DNA from: Setoptus koraiensis
Lineage: Eukaryota > Animalia > Arthropoda
Assembly: GCA_048013815.1 (NCBI GenBank)
Contig: CM106586.1
Location: forward strand, 6,510,001 to 6,574,000
Length of the DNA stretch: 64,000 bases
Direction: 5' to 3'
Shown: piece after piece, positions 15,457-26,381 of the stretch
Numbering within the stretch: position 1 is the stretch's first letter
Layout of the letters: each line of letters opens with the position of its first letter
Notes under the pieces: generated by a model
What the model saw: the letters and a program-made list of their open reading frames with translations, nothing else
Databases searched by the model: none
What the model was told of the DNA's origin: nothing
Position numbers and translations under genes: made by a program

Positions 15457-16221
15457 TTAACTTATGTTTTTGTCTGCATTGGGAACTGCGATCACAGGTT
15501 TATTCGCAATTGCCGATTCCTCTTCGTCTCTTTGCTTTGCGAACATGTATGCCTTACTTGAGTACCAGTCCAACAGTAGACCGGGCGCCTCCTCTTTCAC
15601 TCTCTGGTGTTCAAGAAATATAAATCGATTTGAATCTTTGTAATTCACAATCACATGGAGTTGATGATCGGAATCAGTGACGACTCCTAGAATCTTGGCT
15701 ATTTCCATTCTGAAATCGTTCTCTTTTGGGTCATGGAGAGCCAGTTCCTGCGAAGATTCATCTTGAACTTGTCTCAAAGATTTTTTATCTCCTGCTGCCT
15801 CTTCCTCTAATATTCCAGCGTGACGGAGTTTTTTCTTGGATTCTTTAGGTTCCTTAGATGAAGAAGAGTTACGTTTTTTCTGGTCTTTTTTCTCTTTTAC
15901 ACTCTGTTCATATTTTTCTAAGAGATCAGGGCATTCTAAATTTTCAATTGGTTCCCAAGTATTCTGACTGCTATCATAGCCAAGCCACTTGATGAGATAC
16001 TCAACCTGATTTGATGTTTTGCTGATTCTTTTATCTACGACCGCCTCAACAATATATTCTTCCTCTCCAATCTCATCGACAGCGTCCCCCTCTCCATCCA
16101 TGATGACAACTTCATCGTCTTCCACGGCAGAGTTGCCTTCTGCCTGACTGTTGGTTCCATTGATATTTTTGCTGGTATCGGCGTCATTATTCTGAGAAGA
16201 TGATGGGTTTGAGGCTGGCAT
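15457..16221 (-). CDS. HP1/chromobox-like protein (chromodomain plus divergent chromoshadow-like domain), intronless, 254 aa
   Basis: [46 protein letters not shown] is a chromodomain with intact aromatic cage. A basic hinge follows, then a CSD-like C-terminus ([20 protein letters not shown]...[13 protein letters not shown]). Confidence 0.85.
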   Translation of the reverse strand: MPASNPSSSQNNDADTSKNINGTNSQAEGNSAVEDDEVVIMDGEGDAVDEIGEEEYIVEAVVDKRISKTSNQVEYLIKWLGYDSSQNTWEPIENLECPDLLEKYEQSVKEKKDQKKRNSSSSKEPKESKKKLRHAGILEEEAAGDKKSLRQVQDESSQELALHDPKENDFRMEIAKILGVVTDSDHQLHVIVNYKDSNRFIFLEHQRVKEEAPGLLLDWYSSKAYMFAKQRDEEESAIANKPVIAVPNADKNIS

Positions 16222-16546
16222 GATTGAATGGGAATAAAAAGAATTGTAGTGATGTTCCGAGATTGTAGATGGTCTCTTGATGCCTCTGATTGGTTATCTG
16301 ATGGTTTCATTTTGCTCAACTGTGCTCACGCGGACAGGAGAAAATAAAGCGCGAAATTCTAAATACCATTCCATCTGTCGAACGTTCTCTTTCATCGAAT
16401 GGTAATACACCATGTAACTATGTAACTAACATGTAACTATTTCATCAGTGTTCGTTGCATCTAAACAAAAAATAAATAACATGATAACATTAATGTATTA
16501 ATATTTACGACAGAAACATTTATTCTCTTCACTGATTGATTTTATA

Positions 16547-17779
16547 ATGATGTGTATATTATTAATATCATACATTACATTGTACGTTAGTTCAATTTCA
16601 GCTTATTGCAACTATCAGGACTATTACAATGGCCAATCGGATAATCAAGATACCATGAATACTCTTTACGATAATGTGATGAATCTATCACATACATCTT
16701 TCTCATCATGCAATTATTGCAATGACCCTTATGCCATCGAACCCCCACCGGACGATATACTATTTATGCCACCGCCACCATTACCTCCAACGATACAAGC
16801 GTCATTATTTCCCAATCGTGACATGTCAATCGAATCAGAGGCTGTTAAACAATCTATGGATTTAGAATGTCATTTTTGCCATATATTCAACGAGGACGCC
16901 AGTGAGGCCAGACAAACTCAAGCTATTTACTCAAGGGCAGGCTTTCTAATGATCTTCACCATTTTGATCTCTCTGTCCATTGTTTATTTTGTGCGCACTA
17001 GACGTGGCAAAATTGTTGCCTCAAACATTCGTGCTACAATATTCAAATCGAATACAGCCACTTCATCATCAAGTAATAAATCATCATCATCTAGCCAAGA
17101 GTCATCACGTTTGTCCCATCACCCGACAGACCCTTGTTTGATGAGTATGAATAGAGAGAAAAATCTAACTTCACCAATAATAACAGATGTACCACACAAA
17201 AAGACGTCAATTCCTAGCAAATACTGGGCACAACCTAATTCTATTATAGGCAACACCATTAGTAGAATACCAAACGATTACGAGGTACCTTCATCAAGAA
17301 CTAATTCTACATGTACTTCAAGTGCAGTTTATGCAGATCTCACCAATGAGGGCCATCACTTGACGGCACAAGCCAGATTATTTTCACCCTACAACATGCA
17401 CACCTATGCCGAAGTTATGGATCCCACAAGCGACCAGCTAACAATGCCAGGTAACACCGGAATGGCACTACCTGATTCTAATTACGACAATGCTGTATAT
17501 TCTCATGGTAGTTTAGTTGGACCCAACATATTCAACGGATCCCTTCAACTATCTGATTTCCATCCAATGAGAACTCCGCATACTGTAATGTTGAACAATT
17601 CAACCATTCAAGCAAATCAAATGCATATTCAACATGTCAACAACATTAAGCCCTTTGCAACAATGCAACAACAACATCAACCACAGCCACATCGGGCTCA
17701 GATAATTGTGACAAGCAGCAATCAAGGATGTGGGCCATCCTTGTTGCACTTTAAAGACCGCCATCATGACGTCATTTGA
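16547..17779 (+). CDS. Uncharacterised single-pass type I membrane protein, 410 aa, intronless
   Basis: Long ORF with N-terminal hydrophobic signal, short ectodomain with two CxxC pairs around a Pro-rich stretch, TM helix (AGFLMIFTILISLSIVYFV) followed by RTRR, and a cytoplasmic tail with several Tyr motifs. Confidence 0.7.
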   Translation: MMCILLISYITLYVSSISAYCNYQDYYNGQSDNQDTMNTLYDNVMNLSHTSFSSCNYCNDPYAIEPPPDDILFMPPPPLPPTIQASLFPNRDMSIESEAVKQSMDLECHFCHIFNEDASEARQTQAIYSRAGFLMIFTILISLSIVYFVRTRRGKIVASNIRATIFKSNTATSSSSNKSSSSSQESSRLSHHPTDPCLMSMNREKNLTSPIITDVPHKKTSIPSKYWAQPNSIIGNTISRIPNDYEVPSSRTNSTCTSSAVYADLTNEGHHLTAQARLFSPYNMHTYAEVMDPTSDQLTMPGNTGMALPDSNYDNAVYSHGSLVGPNIFNGSLQLSDFHPMRTPHTVMLNNSTIQANQMHIQHVNNIKPFATMQQQHQPQPHRAQIIVTSSNQGCGPSLLHFKDRHHDVI

Positions 17780-18251
17780 CAAACAACTAACAAATTGTAA
17801 ATTGAGCAAATCTATAGAAATCTAACACTTCATCTCTGATCAATTCAAAAATTGAACTCCTAAACTAATTTCTTGTATCAATTCAATCGGCAGTAGTTGT
17901 AGCTATTGATTACACTAATTATTGAATTTGTCGGTAGTTCCTCACTCATTACTTCTGCTACACGTAAGTGGATCACATCTCTTACCTCTGTCAAGATATT
18001 GATTTATATCTGAAAGAACAATAAAAAAGGAAAACACATAATTGTCTAATGCATGTGAAAACTCATTATTGTTTGTTGTTGTTGCTGGTGTTGTGTTTTT
18101 ATTGTTAGACATCTCGATTGCACCGATGAAAGTGAAGAGTGGATTGTTTCTTCGAAGCATCAATCCTCTAATGAGACTGGCCTAAAAAAACGTTAAAGAT
18201 AGAGCTAGTCGAACACATAGAGGTCTAAGAACTAAACTCAATGAAGCTGGA

Positions 18252-18480
18252 AATGAGAAGTCCTCGTTTCTCCACCATCGGCTGGACTGATGTGTTAAAT
18301 CTAAAGTCACCGTTCAGAGAATTGGATGAGTTTTAGTCGGACATGATTGAATGGCAATACAAAGAGAAAGTAGTCAGCAGATATTTTAATCTGATGGTTT
18401 CGTTTTGCTCAACTGTGCCCACGCAGTCAAGAGGAAATCAAACCCCAATTTCCAAACAAAGTTCCATTTCTCTAACGGCG
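18252..18480 (-). pseudogene. Decayed partial duplicate of the 5' region (upstream sequence plus first codons) of the HP1-like gene
   Basis: 18342-18478 aligns with 16219-16385 in the same orientation (catgattgaatgg..aata.aaaga; atctgatggtttc.ttttgctcaactgtgc.cacgc). On the minus strand ATG TCC GAC TAA stops at codon 4, but similarity to the HP1 CDS continues beyond the stop. Confidence 0.65.
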
Positions 18481-18599
18481 TCTGACACGTGTTACACGTG
18501 ATACAGCTTCTGAAAGCATTCGTCGAGGTCAGTTACAAATCCAATACAAGATGTAACTGAATAAGGTGGAAAAAATCTGGGAAACAGACATTTATGATT

Positions 18600-20193
18600 T
18601 CAGTGTTTTTCTTTATATATTTTACTGATTACAACCAGAGATTTGACTAATCGGAAGATCGAATGAACATTGATCAACATCATAAGTGTTAGAGAAATCA
18701 ATTTGTACCATTCAGATGAAACCAATAATAAATACATTTGAACTGTGATTAATGTTCCGAGTAGAGCTAATGCAGCAGCAAAGCCTATCTTTGGGTTTGA
18801 GAATACGATGTAGTAACGAAGATGAGATGAACTGCCAGGTTGAGCACAATTGGAAACAGATTCAGATCTGAAGTAACCCTTTGAATGCTTGACTACCACG
18901 CCTAGAAAATACAAGAGATAGGATAATAAGAGAGGAATGATTAGTTATGAAGATGTCAGTAAGTTAATGAAATGAGGACTTTACGTGACAGGTTATGTCA
19001 CGAAGGAAATTACTTAATTGGTATGAACGCACCTTGAGGGTAAATCAAACTCTCTGACCAATTAATGCACGGCACAAGCGTGTTCCTTGCTTCTAACTTT
19101 TGCCATTTGCCAAAATGATAAGCAGATCGGTGGAGAACATCATAAAAATGTGGCGTATATGAACATGATATCAACATAATCAGCGCACTAAACCATGTTA
19201 TAGCGACATGCTGCGCCGTCCATGATACATCATAGTATAAATAACTTTGAGTGAAATTTATCGGTACAAATGAAGAGTAGTAAGCAATGATAATTGATTT
19301 AAATATAATAAATTTAAGTCTCTCGTTGAATATCGTCCTAAGCTTGTCAACTTCTTCACGTATTTCGTCAGGTTGATTAGAACAAACGTGGCTGAGTTTA
19401 TCGTCGTCAAATTTAACATGACAGAACAATGTCATAGATAATGTTAAAAACGATAGGCCAATTTTGCCTGTTTTACGGCAACTTTCAACAACTTGAATGA
19501 TGTGAGTTGAATTCATTACAATAGATACCAGCTGTAGATAGAAGAAAGGGGTAAAAAAAGGTGAAACTGTTAGTCAAATGTTTCTCTAGAAGATCAACTA
19601 CTGGACTACGAATAAACCAAGCAACAGTAGTAATCGATAAGAGGAAATATTCAATATTGAACGTTGGTGGTACTCACGATAGGAACTAGTATACATATGA
19701 TATTATTAGTTCCCCAGTTGTTCCAGATCCTATAAGCGCACTTTACAAGATGATAATTACATATCCATGATGCGGCTGTCGCAGCAAGAGTTGTAGCTGC
19801 TACTATTGACATGGTGGATTCTTCATAAATATTCCAGCTGTTAATTCTACCATTAATTATGCTTATCAAGGATGATTGTCCAATAAATAATAAAGAGAAT
19901 TGTGACACGTCTGTGTCAATGAGATGGTAGTTCATTGCTTGACTTGTGGACTTCGATAGCCACCAAGTTGAGCGGTATAAATTCAAATATTGTGTTCCTA
20001 ACGCAATGACAAATATAAATAATGATTGCAATTCAATAAACATTTGCTGTTGGCCATGGCCTGTGAGTTTAGGTAAGGCAACATGTTTCGGGCATGTGAC
20101 ATTAATTGGGTTTAATGTTCTCTTATCATATGGGTTGACACGTGTAGATGAATGAGATTTAGATGTTAAGGAGAACTTGTTACTTTTGCCCAT
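18600..20193 (-). CDS. TMEM39: Transmembrane protein 39 (TMEM39A/B family), about 438 aa, 3 exons
   Basis: Exons 20193-19678, 19531-19033 and 18901-18600 with consistent phases (1317 nt). Motifs PKHVALPKL, QYLNLYRSTWW, MNYHLID, IREEVDKLRTIFNERLKFIIFKSIIIAYYSSFVP, LHRSAYHFGKW, YPQGVVVKH. Confidence 0.9.
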
Positions 20194-22278
20194 AATTTGA
20201 TTCTCTGGCTTCTTGTATAGATATATGTATTTGTGTGTTTAGATATTTGGAGAGGTTGTTGTATTAATATAATATAGTATAATATTGTAATATTAATGAT
20301 AATCAATTATAATAATGATAATAATAATAGTAGTGATGATTGTTCTTGTTCCCTCCTGTGATTTTTTCTACAAACATTAACAGGCGGCGATAGATGGCGA
20401 TCGATTAAGTTTGGTTTCTACTGTTATTAATGGTTGCAATGATGGCGATAATAATAATCATGTAAGAGTAATAATATATCAATTGGTGATTGCCAACTAA
20501 TTTGCATGGTCATGGGTGTCATTGCGCTAAAGCTGGCTGCATGTAGATGTAGATACACACGAAATATTGTGATACTATGATGATGATGATAATAATAATA
20601 ATAATATTCAAAATTTCATGTTGATGCTTGTCGTTCGTTGCCAAGTTAAACCCACTGCACCATATGAGAGTGGCACACAACACAACGCGGACGTCATAGA
20701 AAGGGTGCAACGAAGTTTAGAGACACCATGTAAGTAAGAGAAGCAACAGCAACGACAAATGAACTAACCAATACTGAGACACACAAACAGACACACTCAT
20801 AGACAGACGGACGGACAAACAAACAGACAGACGGACGGGCTTGGTTACTGTAACCAAGTTACACATTTAGAGAGGACACACTAAATTTTATTTGTGGAAC
20901 TTGTATTCGCTAGTGCAGCACCAAAGACATGGTGTAAATATAATGATAAACATTTATATTCATACGTGAATGTGTGTGCGTGTGTGTGTGTTTGTTTGTG
21001 CAGAGGCAAATAAATTGAATAGTATGGTGTGTGTTGCTTCGAAAACAACCACAAACAAACATATATGCTGCTGCAACATCTCGTAGCTTGCATACATAGG
21101 GGGAAGTGAGACCAAGTTGCCTAGTAGTAAATTATACTAATACCACAGCTTGCAGTATGACGACACACGCACATTTATACATGAATTTGTGGCTTAACGA
21201 GTCTGACGATGCTTATTTGATCAACTCATGGCCTTCAATATGTATATTCATTTGGAACAATTATTCACAGCTGCAAGCCATTGCGGGCCTCTCGCCGACA
21301 AGCGCTCTGTCCGAAGCGCTCTGCTGTTCCTCTCATGTGTGTGCAAGCTATAAAGAATGTTTTACGACGAATGGCCTTACATACGAGCGAGTCTAGCGTT
21401 CCTTCGTGCTGGGCTCATGTCCAATGAGTCGTCCAGTGATTGGTGGCCAATTTACAAGATCTCAAACTACCGAGGGGCCTCCCGCGGGCCGTGCCAGACC
21501 GGGCGCGACCCCGAGACGCCCTGTCGGTCTTGCACAGGGGCACGGGGCAGCTCTCGGGACGCTACAGCAGCGTGAGCCGCTGCCCCACTCGGTACGCCGC
21601 CAAGGAGGGGCGTGCTCGTTGAGGAGCATTTTGTTTTGTTTGATGTAAGATTTAAAAAGAAATGGGGGGCAGGGGTCACGCGGACGCTTCCCAAGCCCGA
21701 ACCAAAAATGACGTACCCCATCTGAGTCGATTTGACCCAGTGGAGGTGTTCAACGCTGCCCGAAGTGCAATGGGCACGCCTCCCACCTGCGGAACGGCCT
21801 TCTTGATCGCCATCCTCGCGGTACCAGGTAAGTATGCTTAAGCATGTGCGGATATTTGCCCTTATATACTGCCATATGGTTATGAAAGACGGTTTGTGTC
21901 CCCATAAAATCTGATAATTCATCACTAAAAAATAGTGAATATTCTGTTCTATTTTGCATATTTGTCTTTCGGGTGACAACTGTTTCAATGATTTTCATAA
22001 TAAAATGATGAAACATGCTTTGAGATTAGAAAAATTCCCAATTTCGCCATACGAACATCACCGCACATTAATATGCATGGCCCACATGTTCACTTATAAT
22101 GGAAAATGTCATGGCGAGTTGGTCAAATCATTTTTGTTTGTAGGCATTTGGCAACGTCATGAGAGTGACTCGTCAGATACCCTAATGGACATTAAGTATT
22201 ATCACTATCCATCTGTTATCACTACTGATTGGCAACTCACAATTGTCATATAGTCGTTGAAATTATAGCAAAAAAAAG

Positions 22279-23277
22279 ATGTCGTCAAAACAAGCGCACA
22301 TTGTGATAAAGAAAAACCCATCAGACAACTCAACTCTGATGGACAAATTCTCCAATCTATTGAGCGATGACAAGAATACAGAACCGCATTTACATGGGCA
22401 CCAAGTTGCCGGAGAGGCTTGCTTTTGTTTAAAGGCTAAGGAACGCAACTCGGGAAAGAAATTCTTCATCAATTTCTGCTCATCCAGCGAAGTCAAATAT
22501 CCAACCCTTGATTGGGACGAACAAAAATGTATTGAGATGCATCAAAGAGGATCCCAAGAATTCGAGGATTATCGCATACCATTGGCGTTGAAACCTCTCA
22601 GTTGGACACGAGACAAGAGAGGAGAGGATAAGCACTTTGTTATTGATGTGCTCGTCAATGATAGATACATGGATGAGAGAGTGATGAAGAGTGAATTCTT
22701 TAAGAATTTCCTCATTGTGGTCACTATTGATACCATTGAAAGCAAATACAGTCGGAGCAATCATGACGCTCTGAATCACGCGCTCGATATTGAAAAGGAG
22801 TCATTTGTTATACTGAAAAACAAAAGATATCAACAACAATCTGGCTATGTTACCAGGCAGACTAGTTCAGATCGTGCCAGTGAGAGCAAGACGTCAAATA
22901 AGATTGCATTGTTGGACGACAAACCATCCAAAGTGTCAGACCAAACGATTGGTTTAAGTAAAAAAGATGAACCATCGTCATCACCAGTCAATCATTATAA
23001 GCTGACCTACAGTTGCGGAACAAACAGTCTGAAAGGTGTGGTCAAATGTAAATGTAAAATAGCACCTGAACCCGATCTAGAAAGTCTAAAGCTTCAAATC
23101 AATTCAGATCATATTCTCTTGACAGTCAATGATCTGAAATCTCCAGAGAACCAGTTAGTTAAACTACTAGATGTTTACATTACGATGCTTATAGACGTTT
23201 CTAATAGCAACCATAGCGTGATATATGACAACACCACAGATTGCCTCAAGTTTAATCTAAAATTATGTGATAACTAA
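22279..23277 (+). CDS. PIH1D1: PIH1 domain-containing protein (PIH1D1/Nop17-like, R2TP component), intronless, 332 aa
   Basis: FCLKAK..GKKFFINFCSSSEV..YRIPLAL..TRDKRG...VIDVLVN...FFKNFLIVVTIDTIESKY matches the PIH1 N-domain, followed by a CS-like C-terminal region. The paralog assignment is tentative. Confidence 0.75.
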   Translation: MSSKQAHIVIKKNPSDNSTLMDKFSNLLSDDKNTEPHLHGHQVAGEACFCLKAKERNSGKKFFINFCSSSEVKYPTLDWDEQKCIEMHQRGSQEFEDYRIPLALKPLSWTRDKRGEDKHFVIDVLVNDRYMDERVMKSEFFKNFLIVVTIDTIESKYSRSNHDALNHALDIEKESFVILKNKRYQQQSGYVTRQTSSDRASESKTSNKIALLDDKPSKVSDQTIGLSKKDEPSSSPVNHYKLTYSCGTNSLKGVVKCKCKIAPEPDLESLKLQINSDHILLTVNDLKSPENQLVKLLDVYITMLIDVSNSNHSVIYDNTTDCLKFNLKLCDN

Positions 23278-23620
23278 TAGCTGAATGTTATATTGTGTAT
23301 ATAAAATCACCACGGCGGGCTATGTAAATTTACAATGTTAAATTTAATCTAAAATGATGTGTTGTTGATATCGCGCGGCGCGATATCTTCACTAGTGATC
23401 ATTGTCTTATTGTCATCAGCGCCCATCTTGGCTTGATCTGAATACATTATGTATATCGTTATCGAGTGTGCTATTTGCTATTACTACATGAGATTGAGAG
23501 AACGAAAGAGTTTACTTTCATATATGGACGTGCGCTTCCGCAGATCCATGATAAAATACCGTAGGCATAATATATCGCTGTATATCGCTAATCGTGGTTT
23601 TCGTTTCGCAGGTTTTGTCT

Positions 23621-26381
23621 CTATAGTCTCGTTTCAAATTGTTCGTCCAAGGCACTAGATTCTGCCTGGCCTGTTCCGGGATCTGACGACGATTCCAATG
23701 AAGAGGAGGATGACGACGACGACGACGATGACACCGACGCCGACGAAGGTGAGGGCGCCGATGCGGCCGATGTGAGCGCCGGCTGACTGAATCCTCGGTG
23801 CTCGTTGATTGTCGAGGGTATTCTGTCGAACGATGTCGATTGATTTACTGCCTGAGTGGCCTGAGCGACGGAAGATGGCGCAAATCTGCTGTAGTGACCC
23901 ATTGGCAGTGAAGAGGAAACGGGAGATGATTGAATGAGCGAGTTGAGTTTGTTGCTGTTTTGTTGGGCATTGTCAGATTGAGATACTGGCGAGGCTCGCT
24001 GATAGGCCGACGATGGATATATCGACGACAATAGTTGTGACTGTTGTTGCTGTTGTTGTTGTTGATTGGATGCTCCCAGAGACCAGGAGGACGAGGCAGG
24101 CGACGACGACGACGAGGACACAGAAGATTGTGGCGAAGATGAGGACAGTGATGACGACCAGTTGTTGCTTGGCTGACTGTTCATTGAGGCAGATGATGGC
24201 AAATTAGATTGGCCGGATTGAGAGGCCGGCGGGTAGGACACAAAAGGTGGCGACGATTGCTGCTGAGGCGCCACCGATTGTGGTACCAAATATGGCGCTG
24301 CTGCCGCTGATGTTGCACTGGCAGCCTGATCTAAAGACTTGGCCCCATTGTTTCCGGCGTGGCCGTTGCTGTTGAGCTGGCCGGACTGTTGCTGTTGCAT
24401 GCTGTTTGTCCATTGTTGGTTGTTGCCCTGATAGGATGATTGCGATGGGCTCGTCTTCTGAGAGCTTAAGCCCGAGTAAGACTGCTGCTGCTGCTGTTGG
24501 TTGCCTTGCTGGGGTCCGTTGTTTGTGGCTCTGGCTGGCCACGGATTAGAGGCGGCAAGCAGTGGTTGTTGCGCGGGTTGGCCTTGTTGACTGGGCGGCG
24601 CGACCGGTGGCGGCGATTGTTGCGGATAATTGTTTGAATTGGTGCTGGCACTGGCCACCAGGTCGGCGCCTGTTTGCATGGGACCCAATTGTTGCTGTTG
24701 CTGCGAACCGCTTGGCATATTGTTGCTCGCCGGTTGCATATGGTAGCGCTGTTGTTGTTGATATTGCTGTTGTTGCATGTTTGCTTGGGTGAGCCAGTTG
24801 GGCGCATTTGGTAGTGTTGTCCACTGTCCGTTCAGTTGTGATTGAGCCATCAGCTGGCTGGGGTGGTCGCGCCTGTTGTCAGAGTTAAACGGGACAGTGA
24901 TACACAAGGGAATGAGGACAGGTGAATAATGGATATCGCAATGTTTCGCTGCTTCAATTAACGGACAACTAACGGACAACCAACGGACTACTAACGGTAA
25001 TTGTCCACTACTCGACAACTACTAACTAGGCTACTCACCTGTTGAATATGTTGGCCAGCATGCCTGTGATGCCGCGCAGCCAGCCTGTGAGCGACGATCG
25101 TCGACCGGAGAGATTCGTTATGGGAACAGGCTGAATTTGTGCCGGATTCAGGCTCGATTGGGGGCCCACACCCGATGACGGCGAACCGGGCAACACGGAG
25201 AACATGTTGTGCTGCTGCTGTTGTTGTTGCTGGTGCTGTCCAGTTTGTTGCGGTTGTTGCTGCATGCTAGCCGCTTGGGCCTGATTGATTTGAACCGGCG
25301 ACGATTGGCCCGATGGCGCGTCGAGCGCCCCGTTGACCGATTGCTGTGGCTGATTATTCCATTGTTGCATTATCTGGCTGTTGGACGACGTCGACGACGG
25401 CCCATAGCCGGACGAGCCTGAGCCAGCGGACGATGCTTGCGGAGGCGCCTGATTGAAGCCGTTGGTCAGCGGCGCTAGGGAGGCCGAAACAGGGTTTGCC
25501 ATGCCATTGGGGCCCGATTGATCGAAGGGGCCGCTCATGGGATTGTTGAACCAGGCATTGTATTGCGGTTGTTGTGATTGTTGTTGCTGCTGTTGCTGAT
25601 TAGACAAACTAGCCACACCTAACGACGATGGCGACGATGCAATTAGAGGAAGTTGGGCGCTTCCCATGTAAGCGGCCGATTCAACATATTGATTGCGCGG
25701 TTCGGGCTTCAATGAATCGCTACTGAGTGTCGCGACATTTGATGATGCAACCGACAGTGAGGCAACAATGGGTTTTTGGTAGATAATTTGTGAGCTTGCT
25801 TGTTTGGCGCTGCTGTGGGCGCCCTCTTGGCTGAGATGCGATGCATGTATATCTGGCGAGTTGCTTTGTTGTTGTTGTTGTTGTTGTTGATGGTGGTGGT
25901 GGTGTTGTTGTTGCTGTTGGCTCGCTGTTTGATCGTTGACAGCAGCAGGGGGCACCACTTGCGCTGACGTCTGATAATGGTACTGATTGTAGGCATGATT
26001 GTTATGGTTCACGGGACTCAATGATTGTTGCTGTTGCTGCTGTTCGTCGGCATTGGAACGAACATTGGCCAGCTCGGATATTGCTGCCTGGTTACCTGTG
26101 TGCTCCATGGTTGCATGAGACTGCGCTGCCACGTCGGACATTTGCGCCGCCGGCACAAATGAACCGGATGAGGCCTGATGAGCGTCGCCATCGTGCACGA
26201 TCTTTGCATTGGAAGCTGTTGCTGCTGCCGGTGAACTGATTGGCGACGATTGATCCGTTAACGGGCTCCTCGAGGAGGCCAGCACACCCGTGAGCAACAG
26301 AGATTGCACTAGACAACAGGTGACAATGGTGGCAAACACAATTTTGTGCTTCTTCGGATATTTGGTCTGGCGATTCTTCAT
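23621..26381 (-). CDS. Predicted secreted Gln/Ser/Pro/Ala-rich low-complexity protein, about 864 aa, 2 exons
   Basis: Exons 26381-25039 and 24872-23621 join in phase 2 (AG|GTGAGT ... CAACAG|G); 2595 nt. The start MKNRQTKYPKKHKIVFATIVTCCLVQSLLLTGVLA is signal-like. An upstream in-frame ATG (MFTSTD) is an alternative start. Confidence 0.7.

Noticed and set aside
23367-23387. 21-bp palindrome gatatcgcgc-g-gcgcgatatc between convergent 3' ends
   Set aside because: Isolated and short, with no evidence of function.
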